64,000 nucleotides of DNA, from NCBI GenBank assembly GCA_951406725.2, contig OX597823.1, positions 21,762,001 through 21,826,000 of the forward strand, written 5' to 3'. The DNA comes from Octopus vulgaris. Lineage: Eukaryota. This document shows positions 25,269 through 36,789 of this stretch, piece by piece. Position 1 is the first letter of the stretch. Each line of letters begins with the position of its first letter. Below the pieces are notes generated by a model. It was not told the origin of the DNA and searched no databases. It saw only the letters and a list, made by a program, of their open reading frames with translations. The position numbers and the translations under genes were made by a program.

Positions 25269-26431
25269 CATTAAAAAGAAAAACGTGAAAACCTGTAAGA
25301 AAGCGTATGAAGAATATATATATATATATAAAAGATATATTATTATCTGTTTTAATATGGGCCACCATACTTGTATTTATGAGTCCTTGTATCATGGAGA
25401 GGATTTTCAATGTGGAATTTTTTTAACGCAACGTTACTTTTAACAGTAGAATTGTGGATAACAATGAAATGAAGTGACGAGCTAAATGAATTTTTTGCTT
25501 ATTTGCATTCTGAGTTCCAATCCCAGCAGACACGAGAGTTAAGTTAATGCTGTCGATTTGTCGATCATACCTTCCCCGACATTTATACTGTGCAAACGTT
25601 AGAAATTTTATGATTTTGGAAGTGGGCTCGCGTTTAAGAAAAAAAAAAAAAAAATCGATTACTATGAATTGGATTTTTGTTGTGTCTATGTCGACCTGTG
25701 TTATAGAAAGCTGAGGTCTTTTCTCTCTGAGAGGAAAAGACTGCATTTCGATCCCCCCCCCCGGTCAGATCATTAAAAAAAAAAAATGAGAACATGATAA
25801 CAGATGTTTCCACAATGGATGCAACGCTTAACCCTCTCCAAAATTTTACAGCAATTCTTTAAGAAAATGAGTTACTAAAACATGTATTTGAAAATAAAAA
25901 TTCATACCTTTTACACCCACAAAATGGCTAACATTTTAATAGTTTTCCTGCTGAAGTCAGCTCCAACCTCCACCAACAACCAAAAAAAAAAAAAAGAAAG
26001 AAGTAAAGGTCACCAAACATAGGCTACTTATCTTTTGGTAATGGAATAATATGGAGGTGATATACATGGACGAAGGCTCACTTTTACCTGGGACCTTCGT
26101 GTGTAGAGGTAAGGAGGAAGGTTGCATAACTCTGTTCTGCCTGAAACAATTGACCTTCCATATATACCTACGAAATAATTGACTAATTGATGAAATAATG
26201 ATGTTTCCATTGACCGGAGCAGGTCATTTGAGTGTGACTGGTCTTTACAATAGAAGTGAAGTGACAGGCTGAACTGGTGCACCAGTCAGTTTACAGGTCA
26301 GTTCTGCAGTATATGAGGTGATTAAATATAAAGATCTCAGTTAGAGGCATTAATAATGACTTTGACTCTTCACTTGTCACCTTCCCAGGATGGGTAGACA
26401 GTGAGCACAAACAATCTGTGTGGTGTCTGTA

Positions 26432-26712
26432 CATCATCATCATCGTTTAACGTCCGTTCTCCATGCTAGAATGGGTTGGACTGTTCGACCGGGGATCTGG
26501 GAAGCCAGAAGGCTGCACCAGGCTCCAGTCTTATCTGGCAATGTCTCTACAGCTGGATGCCCTTCCTAACGCCAACCACTCCGTGAGTGTAGTGGGTGCT
26601 TTTTGTGCCACCTGCACAGGTGCCAGGCGAGGCTGGCAACGGCCACGGTCGGATTAGTGCATTTTACGTGCCACCGGCACGGAAGCCAGTCGAGGCGGCA
26701 CTGGCATCGGCC
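26432..26712 (-). mobile_element. Family D element
   Basis: Homologous to 2655-2868 and 36790-37103, with (CAT)n tail. Confidence 0.8.
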
Positions 26713-26957
26713 GACACTGAGACTTTACAAATACTGGTGATCCCAACCATCACAAATGCATTGTAGAACTGTACTTAATAGTGAGTTAATAGTGAATATT
26801 GTTTGAAATTCTCAGACATGAGAAACAGATGACTGTGATATTGTGTAATGTCTTTGCGCCTCTCTTTATTTTTAGACAGTTTCTTTTCTTTGTCCCCGTT
26901 ATTATTACACCATTATTGTATGAATGACTCAGCCCTGATGGAAAATGAAATATTTGT

Positions 26958-27320
26958 TAGGCATGGTTGTGTGGTAAGAAATTTACTTCCTAACCACATG
27001 GTTTCAGGTTTAGTCTCGTCTTGGGAAAATATCTTCTATAGTAGCCTGCAGTTGACCAAAGCCCTGTGAGTGGATTTGGTAGACAGAAACTGAATGAGGC
27101 CCATCATGTGTATATGTGCATCTTTGTATCTGCCCCCCACCCAACTATTTGACAATTGGTGTTGGCTTTGTTTACATCCCTGTAACTCAGTGGTTTGGCA
27201 AAAGAGACTAGTAAGTACAAGTATCAGGCTTTAAGAGAGAAATACTGGGGTTGATTTGTTTGACTAAAATCCTTCTTGGTAGTACTCAGCATGGCTGCAG
27301 CCCAATAACTGGAATAAATT
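26958..27320 (+). mobile_element. SINE family B, degraded
   Basis: Collinear with 3580-3990, with many CpG>TpG changes. Confidence 0.75.
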
Positions 27321-28614
27321 AAACATTTGGAGCAGTAATGATAGAATACCAGATTCAGTTTATTACAGTATTTAGATTTATCACTTTTCTTAGTCTGATT
27401 TAAGATCTTACTGGAGCAAACTTCATTCTTCTTTTTCCTTGTATAAGAAAAGTAAGTATGGGTCAGCTTCTCAGGATATTTTTATTAACTCTATACTTTG
27501 TGTTGTATACTGCATCTAGTGTTTTAGTTCATATCTACCCCGAATAAGCAGTGCTGTAATCCAAAGCTTCAAAAATTTTCCAGATATGGCCCTTTCAACT
27601 TTTTTTCTTTGTCTTTTCTTGAGTACTTTATCTGCTGTGTCCTTCCATTTTTAAAGATAGTTGGTCTGTAAGTTAAGCAAGATTTGGTACCTATTTCTAC
27701 CAGGTTAAGGCTTCCACATTGGATCATTGTGTGCAGTAATTGTTATTTTTGTAAACATTGAATCTGTCCATCTGGTTCCTTGTGAAAATCAATTGAATTT
27801 TCATGTTCTAGCGATTATATTGTACCTTTTGAATATGTCCTGCAGCTTGCTGTGTACAAAGACCAACAGAAGAAAAGAACTTAGTTGAAAACAATGTATA
27901 GCATCAGAAAACCCACCTGGACATAAAATACTGCTTCAAGAAGTCTTGTCCAACCCATTCTGGTTTGAAAAAATGGATGTAAAACAGTATTAAAATATGG
28001 ATATAAACCTTTTTCACTAATGAAGGATGTCAAAATCCAATGAGAAATACAAATTATACAAAGGATTCAAAAGTAAATAATTGTATTTATAACAGACATT
28101 GTGCTTTCTCTGTTTTGTCTGGTTTGTCAGAAACTAATATAAATCTGTAGATACGGGATAAATCATTTTGAAGAAATTATTTATGATTTAGATAACAGTA
28201 AGGTTTAAGAAAAGTTAAGACATATGCTCTGTCCCAAAGTTAAAGCAAGGCATAACATTTATATAAGATAAAGCATAGTAGATACCTGCTGTGTGTCTTC
28301 ACATATCAGCAAAGAACAGAATATTGGGAGGGAACTGATGACATTTTTATTATTTACTGATCACTTGTCCTTATTCTTTATTATGACTGGTTGTTGAAAC
28401 AGCTGCTCAAACATTCAAGTTGATCAGGGAATGATAGATCAGACCTTGTCATTGGTAAAATAGGAGGGTGGCTACTTGACTACAGTATGTATAAGTCAAG
28501 TTGTTGCTATGAACAGTACTCTTTTCCAAAGGAAGCAATAATTGTGAGTGAAATCTTTTAGGGAACTGTGTTGGTGCCATTGTCTTCATACATAAACATA
28601 TGTGTATATATGGA

Positions 28615-28960
28615 TAGGTGGCATGAGTGTCACTGAGTGGTTAAGAAACTTGCTTTCCAATCATGTGGTCCTGAACTGAGCAAAGCCTTATAAGTGGAAG
28701 ACAGAAACTGAAAGAAGCCTGTCATTGTATGTGTTTGTGTTTACGCTTGTCCAAACATCATGTGATGTTTGTAAATGAGCGTCCTCATATAAGCATTGTT
28801 GTTTGTTTTCAGTATTCTGTGAAAAACATGTTGAGCTATGGGGGAAATATTACTTTTCTTAGAAGTAGGTGAGGATTTGCATCAGGAAGGGCATCAGGGC
28901 ATAGAAAATTTGCCGTAACTTCCAACTGACGCATAAAAAGTTGACATCAAATGATCGTGA
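28615..28960 (+). mobile_element. SINE with B-type head and D/RTE-type tail, degraded
   Basis: acagaaactgaaagaagcctgtc (B body) followed by aggaagggcatc...tagaaaa...aaatgat (D-like tail); similar to 32025-32408. Confidence 0.6.
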
Positions 28961-28962
28961 TA

Positions 28963-29679
28963 TAAGAGGTGGTACCCAAAAGTAACTGGAAACGTTCTCT
29001 GTGGGACAAGCACTTTGCATTTCAGGCTTCTGCTGCTAGAAGTCACTTGATGCGACCCTCAGGCATCAGTCTACTGACTGGTGTTCAGTAGGGTCATACT
29101 GCCACATGGTGGTGCATCTTTGTTTTGCAGTGCTTCTTCCCTGTTTGTTGATTTTTGCAATGGCTGAAATGAAGGAACAGCGTGCTTCTGTGAACTTCTG
29201 TTTTCTGTTGGGGAAAATAGTGGCTGAAACAGTTGTCGCACTTCAGTTTAAAAGACTACTGCCATCAGCAAAATACAAGTTTGCGGGTGATTTTCACGCT
29301 TTGCAAAAGAAAGAGATGCTGTAAAATTTGTGACTCACTTGCTCATGGAAAATCAAAGCGATAAAGACTGAGTGCTTGTCATAAACTGAAAGAACAGATA
29401 GAAATTGATCTGGAGCTTTTTTTCAAAAGTCATCACTGGTGACGAAAGGTGGTGCTATGGAACTTACAGATGTTGAAGAGGGGAAGAAAAGATGATGGAG
29501 GTGTTAAAAGGCATCACTTCACAAGAGTTCCAGCACTTCTTCCAACAGTGGAAAGCACGTGGACTGATGCATTGCTTCAAATGGAGAATACTTTGAAGGC
29601 GATAAGTGTAAACACGTAAAACTAAGTGAATAAAAGAATATTGTGAAATTCTGGTTTCTTTTGGGTACCCCCCCTCGTA
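28963..29679 (+). mobile_element. Internally deleted mariner element
   Basis: TIRs ta-agaggtggtacccaaaagtaactggaa / attctggtttcttttgggtacccccctcg-ta; residual peptides EQRASVNFCFLLGK, VITGDERWCYG and CIASNGEYFEGD. Confidence 0.85.
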
Positions 29680-29719
29680 TACACACACACACACACACAC
29701 GTTTATGAATCTGTTGGAA

Positions 29720-30097
29720 GATTCCTGATGTGAAACCATGTGTTGAAACATTTTGTATTTCGAGATGGTCATTTTTCCTTTGCCTAATAAACACACGCAC
29801 TATGTATTTGTTCTTTACTCATTTATAACTGTCCTTATTTTAATTCATGTCCATTTTAACTGTTCTGATTTTTAACTCCTGCTCTGCTTAACCTATTCTT
29901 AATCCATTCACAATGGATTAAACGGAGCAGGAGCACACATAAGGATGGACAAGTGACGCTGGAGAGGTCACAGATGTGTGACAAAAGATTTCTGGACAAT
30001 AGACAGGAGTTAAAATAAGAACAGTAATAAACAAATAAAGAACAAATATATGGTGCGTGTGTTTATTTGGTGAAAAAGAAAATGACCATTCTAAAAT
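29720..30097. mobile_element. Inverted-repeat element, possibly a Penelope-like terminal remnant
   Basis: ~100-bp arms 29757-29855 and 29997-30097 (atggtcattttt...aataaacacacgcac...ttgttcttta). Confidence 0.55.
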
Positions 30098-30102
30098 GAA
30101 AT

Positions 30103-30135
<33 letters not shown>

Positions 30136-30139
<4 letters not shown>

Positions 30140-30293
30140 CTTTATTACCCACAAGGGGCTAAACATAGAGGGGACAAACAAGGACAAAGTATTAAGTCGA
30201 TTATATCGACCCCAGTGCGTAACTAGTACTTAATTTATTGACCTCGAAAGGATGAAAGGCAAAGTCGACCTCGGCGGAATTTGAACTCAGAAC
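30136..30293 (-). mobile_element. SINE family C, 5'-truncated
   Basis: Reverse complement of the 3' two-thirds of 32432-32658. Confidence 0.85.
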
Positions 30294-31059
30294 ACATACA
30301 CACTCACATATACATGCTTACATGTACATGCAGTCCCACATATATTTATGTGTATGTAAGTATATAGGACGTAAAGGATTGATCACTATTTAGTTATATA
30401 ATTTGGGAGTTGCTTATAAATTTACTTATTGACTTTATTTACTGATACTGTTGTACATAGGGTAAATGTGTGTTTCTTTGCTGTAGTTTAATTAATAAAG
30501 TTAGTGTTTAATCCTCCCTAGAATTAACATTGAATGAATGCGATTTCTTTGGTATGTTTGTTCCCAAACAACAATTATTTTACTGCTGTTGACACTGCTG
30601 AATTGAATGGTACTGCCCAGGTGTTGAAACCATAATGATATCCATGTGGCAGCTGATGATGGAGGTATGTTGGATTGTTGGTATGGCTGTTATTGTATGT
30701 GCGGAATAGTTTAAGACAGCCATTAAATATATATATATATGTATGTATGTGTGCTCATGTACATGGGTATTTGTGTTTACACATATGTATGTACTCATCA
30801 ATTGTGTGATGCACTTTTTAATGCCAGCAACTTCACAAAGTATACTTAGTGTTTTTTTTTGTTGTTGTTCTACCAGCACTAGTGACTTAACCATACAACT
30901 TGCATATATACATACATACATTTATGGATGGATTGGTACAAATGTAGGTATGTATATGTAAAACCCTTGAAGGTTGTGCGCCAACATGGCCCCAGTTAAA
31001 AACGACTCAAACAAGTGAAAAAAATGTGTGTTTGTGTGTATATGTACTTACATACATAT

Positions 31060-31720
31060 ATGATGGCTGCCCCCTCGTTATCGAGAATGGCCATTGCATG
31101 AAGCTTAGCTGTTATTGGTGCTGGGTTCGAATGTGACTTTTATTTGCTTTTTAAGGCTACAGCCAGCCATTCAGTTGACTCACAGCACAATCAACAATCA
31201 CAATGATGTTATCGTGCAATGCCTGTGCAAGAAGATTTTTTTTAAAGTGAAGAAAGGCTGTGCACTGAGTCAATCCCACTCACTAAGCAACAGCAGCCAT
31301 AATCCGAAAAGAAGAACAAGTCAACATCATCGGTAACCACTGAGCTGAAGGTTTTATGTTGGAGTTATCCCAGTAAGCTGAGTTACTTTCTCCTAGAAGG
31401 ATGCCCTAACAAAGGCTAGGAGTCCTTCACTCCTAATGGTTTAACTGCTCGATCGGGTATTCGGTCCGATTATTTCTATGTCCCTGTGCATGATACAGCC
31501 TTAAGAAAAAAAAATTACACATTTATTGGATGGCCATTGACTCTCAAGAGTTCCTCCGCTCTTTGACAGGTTTTGTTTTTCATCCCGCAGGGTGTCCAAT
31601 AAACACCCTCCTCACCAAGCAAGCTTGGTAGGGTTGCCGGTTTAGTCGCCGATGGCCCGACCATGCAACAGGTTGTCCTGGGATACATGTTACCAGTAGC
31701 ACTCGAAAGTGACTTGACAT
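31060..31720 (-). mobile_element. RTE-like non-autonomous element / RTE 5' UTR
   Basis: Minus strand contains gcctttgttagggcatccttctaggagaaagtaactc, resembling RTE-clade 5' UTR sequence; GC-richer block bounded by TA-rich microsatellites. Confidence 0.45.
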
Positions 31721-32024
31721 TACATATATATATAGCATACATATATATACATAGCATACATACATATATATATATATAAGAAAATAGTTAATTAAATTAT
31801 TTATTAATTATAAAATAGGACATCAAATAATTATTAATTATCTCTATTAAAATATATATTAACTCCAGTTACCTTACAGTTGAATATTAATTGTAATATT
31901 CAGTACTTCTTGTAATAGGTAATTAGCTAGTATATTCATTGGGTTTTCTTATTCCTTAATGAGGTTTGTAACCTTTATTTGAACTTATATAGGTAGGTAT
32001 GTATGTATGTATATTAAAATATGT

Positions 32025-32408
32025 GTGCAGACATTGCTGTGTGGTAAGATTTGCTTCCACATGGTCTCAGGTTCAGGCCCATAGTGTGGCACCTTGGGCA
32101 TATATCTTCTGTAGCTCAGGGCCAACCAAATCCTTGTGAATGGATTTAGATGATGGAAACTGACAGATGATGTTTGTGTATTAGTGTGTGTTAGTCTCTC
32201 ATGTGATATTTTAAAAGCAAATGTCACAATCATGCTAGCAGTAACTTGTTTCCAATCTTTGCGAAAACCTGCTTGGTCTTGGGAAATATTATCTTACTTG
32301 GAAGCAAGTGAGGGTTGGCAACAGGAAGAGTATCCAGATGTAGACAATCTGCTTTAACAAATTCCGTCCTATTCATGCAAGCATTGCAAAGTGAACATTA
32401 AATGATGA
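32025..32408 (+). mobile_element. SINE with B-type head and D/RTE-type tail
   Basis: ctgtgtggtaag...accttgggca...gatggaaactga (B head), then ggttggcaacaggaagagtatccag...gcattgcaaagtgaacattaaatgatgat. Confidence 0.65.
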
Positions 32409-32431
32409 TATATATATATATACACACACAC

Positions 32432-32658
32432 GGCAAGCTGGTAGAAACGTTAGCACGCCGGGTGAAATTCGTAGCAGTATTTCGTCTGTCGTTACGTTCC
32501 GAGTTCAAATTCCGCTGAGGTTGACTTTGCCTTTCATCCTTTCGGGGTCGATAAATTAAGTACCAGTTACGCACTGGGGTCGATGTAATCGACTTAATCC
32601 CTTTGTCTGTACTTGTTTGTCCCCTCTATGTTTAGCCCCTTGTGGGTAGTAAAGAAAT
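32432..32658 (+). mobile_element. tRNA-derived SINE family C (full length)
   Basis: B box gagttcaaattcc; central gactttgcctttcatcctttcggggtcgataaattaagtacc; tail tttagccccttgtgggtagtaaagaaat. Confidence 0.9.
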
Positions 32659-33602
32659 ATATATATATACACACACATTTGTATGTGTACATATACCTAT
32701 ATATTTACATACATGTATGGGCATATATGTGTGTGTGTGTGTATGTGTCTCTATATGTATATATATGTAGGTGTGTATGTGCATTTGTATTTATGTATAT
32801 AAGGATGTATATCCGTGTGTGAGTATATACACACACACACATATGATGTATGAATATATGTATATCCTGCCCCTGTCTCTCTGCTCTCCCTACTATTCCT
32901 TTGACCTCTCTTTTCCTTCCCTTTGCTTCACTGATGCACCCATTTATCTGCTTGACCACCTCAGTCTACCTCCATCTATATCTCTCACTACTACTTTCCT
33001 CACTTCATCTAACTTTTCAAACCCAGTTTTATAATCACTCTCTCATATCATACATTTGCTTTTTCATTTTCTGAAGAGAAAGCCACTATGAAAATCTGGA
33101 TGAGCTGGTGTATTGGCTTTTATGTTTACTCACAATATTGCCTCATTCTTGCATCTACTTGCATATGCATAATGTTTTTTTATCAACTACTCATTGATCA
33201 TTTGAAACAGCTGTAAAGACATGAACTGACTGCATTATGTGTATTGTACACACAACTTTTCTATAAATACATTTATTATGCCTGTTATTGCATGCATGTT
33301 TTTATGTATGTATCTATCATCTAGTGTTTTAAATCCGGGTTTTGTCCTCATTAACGGGGGTGGCCGGATCTACCTCAATGCCATAGCAACCAAGGTAGGT
33401 AGGTGCAGCCCATCCCAACCTTTGGGCTGGCTGGTGCCCAATGTCCTTTGCTATCACGAGGCTTTTTTGAACTGGATTTTCTAGACATGAGTGGTCCCGT
33501 GACCAAGGACTCTACCACGGTTTTTAAGAAATGTGGTGGAAAACTAGCTCAGGAAGGCAGAGACGCTACTCCCTGAGACCCCTTTTGGAACCCCTAACTA
33601 AT

Positions 33603-33640
<38 letters not shown>

Positions 33641-33979
33641 TGTACATTTCTGTGTGTGTGTGTGTGTGTGTATATATATACACATTTCAGTGTATGTGTG
33701 TGTGCATATAATATATATATATAAAATCTTATCTGTATTATAATGTAGGTGCATGTATTTGTGCTTTTATAGAAATGTACATATACAATTATTTGTAATT
33801 TTGTCTATACACACACACACACAAACATATGCTCAAGTAGTTTGCTTCAGAACTCCTGAGAGTTTTTTGGTCCAACTATGGGATGCTTTTACTTGAGATC
33901 TTCTAATTTATACCTTGTAGTTTATATTCAGTAGTTGGAGACTAAATCCTACGTAATACAGTACTATATGTAAGAGATG

Positions 33980-34120
33980 AGGAATTATGTACATTTATAT
34001 TATGACGGATTTTGTCCTCATCTTGTTTGTTGTTAACACAATGTTTTGGCTGATATACCCTCCAGCCTTCATCAACAAGATGAGGGCAAAATCCATCAAA
34101 ATTTAAATAATGTATATCCT
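33980..34120 (-). mobile_element. Truncated second copy of the hammerhead-bearing element, with inverted 3' segment
   Basis: 33980-34074 matches 131-228; 34074-34120 is an inverted copy of ~33980-34027. Confidence 0.8.
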
Positions 34121-34231
34121 ATGTATGTGTGTGTGTGTGTGTGTGAGACTGTTTGTGTATTCCCTTTCTTTTGGCATATGTATACTGGCTGTAAACAAAT
34201 AGTTTTATATGTATATATTTATATAAATCAT

Positions 34232-34440
34232 ATCATTTAACATCTGCTTTCCATGCTGGCATGGGTTGAACAGTTTGACTGAGGTCTGGCAAGCCAATGG
34301 GCTGCATCAGGCTCCAATCTGATCTGGCAGTGTTCTACAGCTGGATGGCCTTCCTAACGCCAACCACTCCTAGAGTGTAGTGGGTGCTTTTGACGTGCCA
34401 CCAGCACGGGAGCCAGTCAGTCAGGGAGCATTGGCAATGA
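34232..34440 (-). mobile_element. Family D element
   Basis: Homologous to 2655-2868. Confidence 0.8.
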
Positions 34441-35013
34441 CGGTCATTTGTTTGCAAGTCCTATATGGTCTCTGGATTTGTCTCAACATGCACTAATTGT
34501 AAAGATATGATGTATCACTGTTCATACAGTGTCGTTTGTTGAAAACCGGTGTGGGTTGGCATAAGGAAAATTCCTCTTCAATGAAGTCTCATTTAAATTA
34601 TGGAAGCAATGAAGAGTTGATGTTGAATTCATGTTGTGTGTGCATGCACGCACGCACGTACATACGCATGTATAAAGGCACATGGTCTGGTGATTCTAGT
34701 ATTTGACTTGATTGTAAGGGTGTGACCTCTCATTGTGTGCTTCAGAAAAACACTTCCTCTTACATTCTCCAGTCAATTCAGCTGGATATGTGTGTTATGT
34801 AACACACACACATTTACTCATATATGTACATATTTATTGATGCCATAAGAATTTTAAAACTTGGAGAGAATGCAAAATAAATCTTTCAGAATGGTGAAAC
34901 TCAAAGCGGATAAAGCTATGAATAAGCATGTAGCAATTTTAACCCAATATTTACATTCTTATTTATAGCTGTATCTGCTTCAAGTTTCAAAGCAGAAACA
35001 TATGCACAAATTT

Positions 35014-35061
<48 letters not shown>

Positions 35062-35250
35062 TGTGTGTGTTTATATATATATATGAATAAACACATAAGT
35101 ATATGTATTTCTAAACATATAGATATATATATAAATAAAAACTATATATCTATCTATATATATATATATATAAATTGAATATTATTACTGTTATTAATAA
35201 TAATAATGATAATAAGGTGGCAAGTAAGGTTACACCTTTACAGGTAAAAT

Positions 35251-35581
35251 ATAAACTAAATTCAATAGGGCATTTAAATACCATTTGCTATAAACAGCCA
35301 TCGCTCCAAAATCACCAATTATTCACTATCAAAATACACGTGGCCAATGCAAAAACTGTAACAGAAACAGGCTTATTTTGCATGGAATACAGAAGTAAGG
35401 AATGTGTATATTTTAGGATCAAATGATTTCACTTTCTGTATGAAAAACCATACTTTAAGGTCATCAGATGCAAATAACACTTAACATCTATTTCTGAAAT
35501 ATTCATCCCATTTTGATAGTGAGTAATTGGTGGTCTTGGAGCGGTGGTGGTATTTGGTTACCCTATTGAATTGGAATTTAG

Positions 35582-35586
<5 letters not shown>
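35251..35586. mobile_element. Inverted-repeat element enclosing a hammerhead motif (Penelope-like terminal structure)
   Basis: Arms 35251-35335 and 35510-35586 (aattcaataggg...aaatacca...cgctccaa..caccaatta.tcactatcaaaat); bounded by (TA)n. Confidence 0.6.
35409..35476 (-). ncRNA. Type I hammerhead ribozyme motif (stem I degenerate)
   Basis: CUGAUGA-c-cuu-aaa-guaug-guuuuu-cauac-aga-aag-u-GAAA-uca-uu-uga-UC; predicted cleavage after 35417. Confidence 0.55.
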
Positions 35587-35623
<37 letters not shown>

Positions 35624-35724
35624 TAAAAACGGTAAGATAACAAAAGCATTCATATATGTAAGTATTCGTATGTTGTATATATATATATGTGTATGTGTTG
35701 TGAGTTTATGTGCTATCTGTGTCT

Positions 35725-35783
35725 ATTCCACTGATGAAGGCAAAGCATTTCTTATGCAGAGCCAGAAATCCGGGATCTGGAAT
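35725..35783 (+). ncRNA. Type I hammerhead ribozyme motif
   Basis: auucca-CUGAUGA-a-ggc-aaa-gcau-uucuu-augc-aga-gcc-a-GAAA-ucc-g-gga-UC-uggaau; perfect 6-bp stem I, AUC triplet, predicted cleavage after 35777. Confidence 0.75.
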
Positions 35784-35916
35784 TATCCAGTAATTTTTTG
35801 CTAGTTTATTTTGTCTATTTGTCTTCTCTCCTGGTGCTGAATGAACATTCAATATGGTTTCAGTCAAGTTTTGGCTGCTATTTCTGTATCTCTTAGATAC
35901 CCTTCATTATAATTTT

Positions 35917-35951
<35 letters not shown>

Positions 35952-36082
35952 CTAACCATGCTAGCATGGAAGGCGGACGTTAAACGATGATAAATGGCTA
36001 TGTTATGTATGTATACATACTTGTGTGCATGTGCACACATACACATTCACACATGTATTCATACCTACATATGTGGGTGTAT

Positions 36083-36705
36083 GTGTGGGAGAAGAGGCAT
36101 TAGGCTGGCCACCAAGTTGAAAGTGTACCAAGCAGTTGTACTGCCTGCAAGACTTGGACAGTTTATGAATGCCATGCCAAAAATCTAAACTGCTTCCATA
36201 TGAACTGCCCAAGAAATATGGAGATCCTTTCTTGAGCTGATCTTCCAAGCATTTACACACTCCTGAGGGGAGTGCGAGTCAGGTGGGCAATCTGCTTTGT
36301 TTGAATGCTTGACACACAACTCCCCAAAAGACTGTTTTACAGTAGACTGGCAGAAGGCAAGTGCACACAAAGTGGAGAGAAAAAAATGCTTCAAAGATAC
36401 ATTCAAAGCCTCTCTAAAGAGCTTTGGGATCAGCTCCAACACCTGGAAAATGCAAGCACACAATCGCCCTGCCTGGTGGAGCTGCACCAACAGAGGGGGC
36501 TACCTCCTATGAACAGAATAAGATTGCAGGGGTACAAAGGGAACAGAACTGCACAAGTCTAGAGCCAGCTCTTTGCTTTCAGTCCTAGCTGACCAGCAGA
36601 ACCATCTGAGCAAGTATCAGACTGATTGGCCACAGTTGGATACACCATGCCCTGTCTTTTCTCATGTAATGTTCATGGTCATCGTCCACAATGGCTGATG
36701 AACTA
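36083..36705 (+). pseudogene. RTE (BovB-like) LINE ORF2 3' fragment
   Basis: Frameshifted peptides RRGIRLATKLKVYQAVVLP, MLDTQLPKRLFYSRLAEGKCTQSG, FKDTFKASLKSFGISSNTWKMQAHNRPAW. Confidence 0.8.
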
Positions 36706-36789
36706 ATTTAAATTATTAAATTACTGTGGCACAGATATTGTGTGAAGAGGTAATAATTTTCTTGTCTCATATACATACATATGTAAGCA

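Noticed and set aside
30620-30670. Small exon ending in GAG|GTATGT
   Set aside because: Upstream acceptor lacks a pyrimidine tract and the peptide is unrecognisable; not enough support
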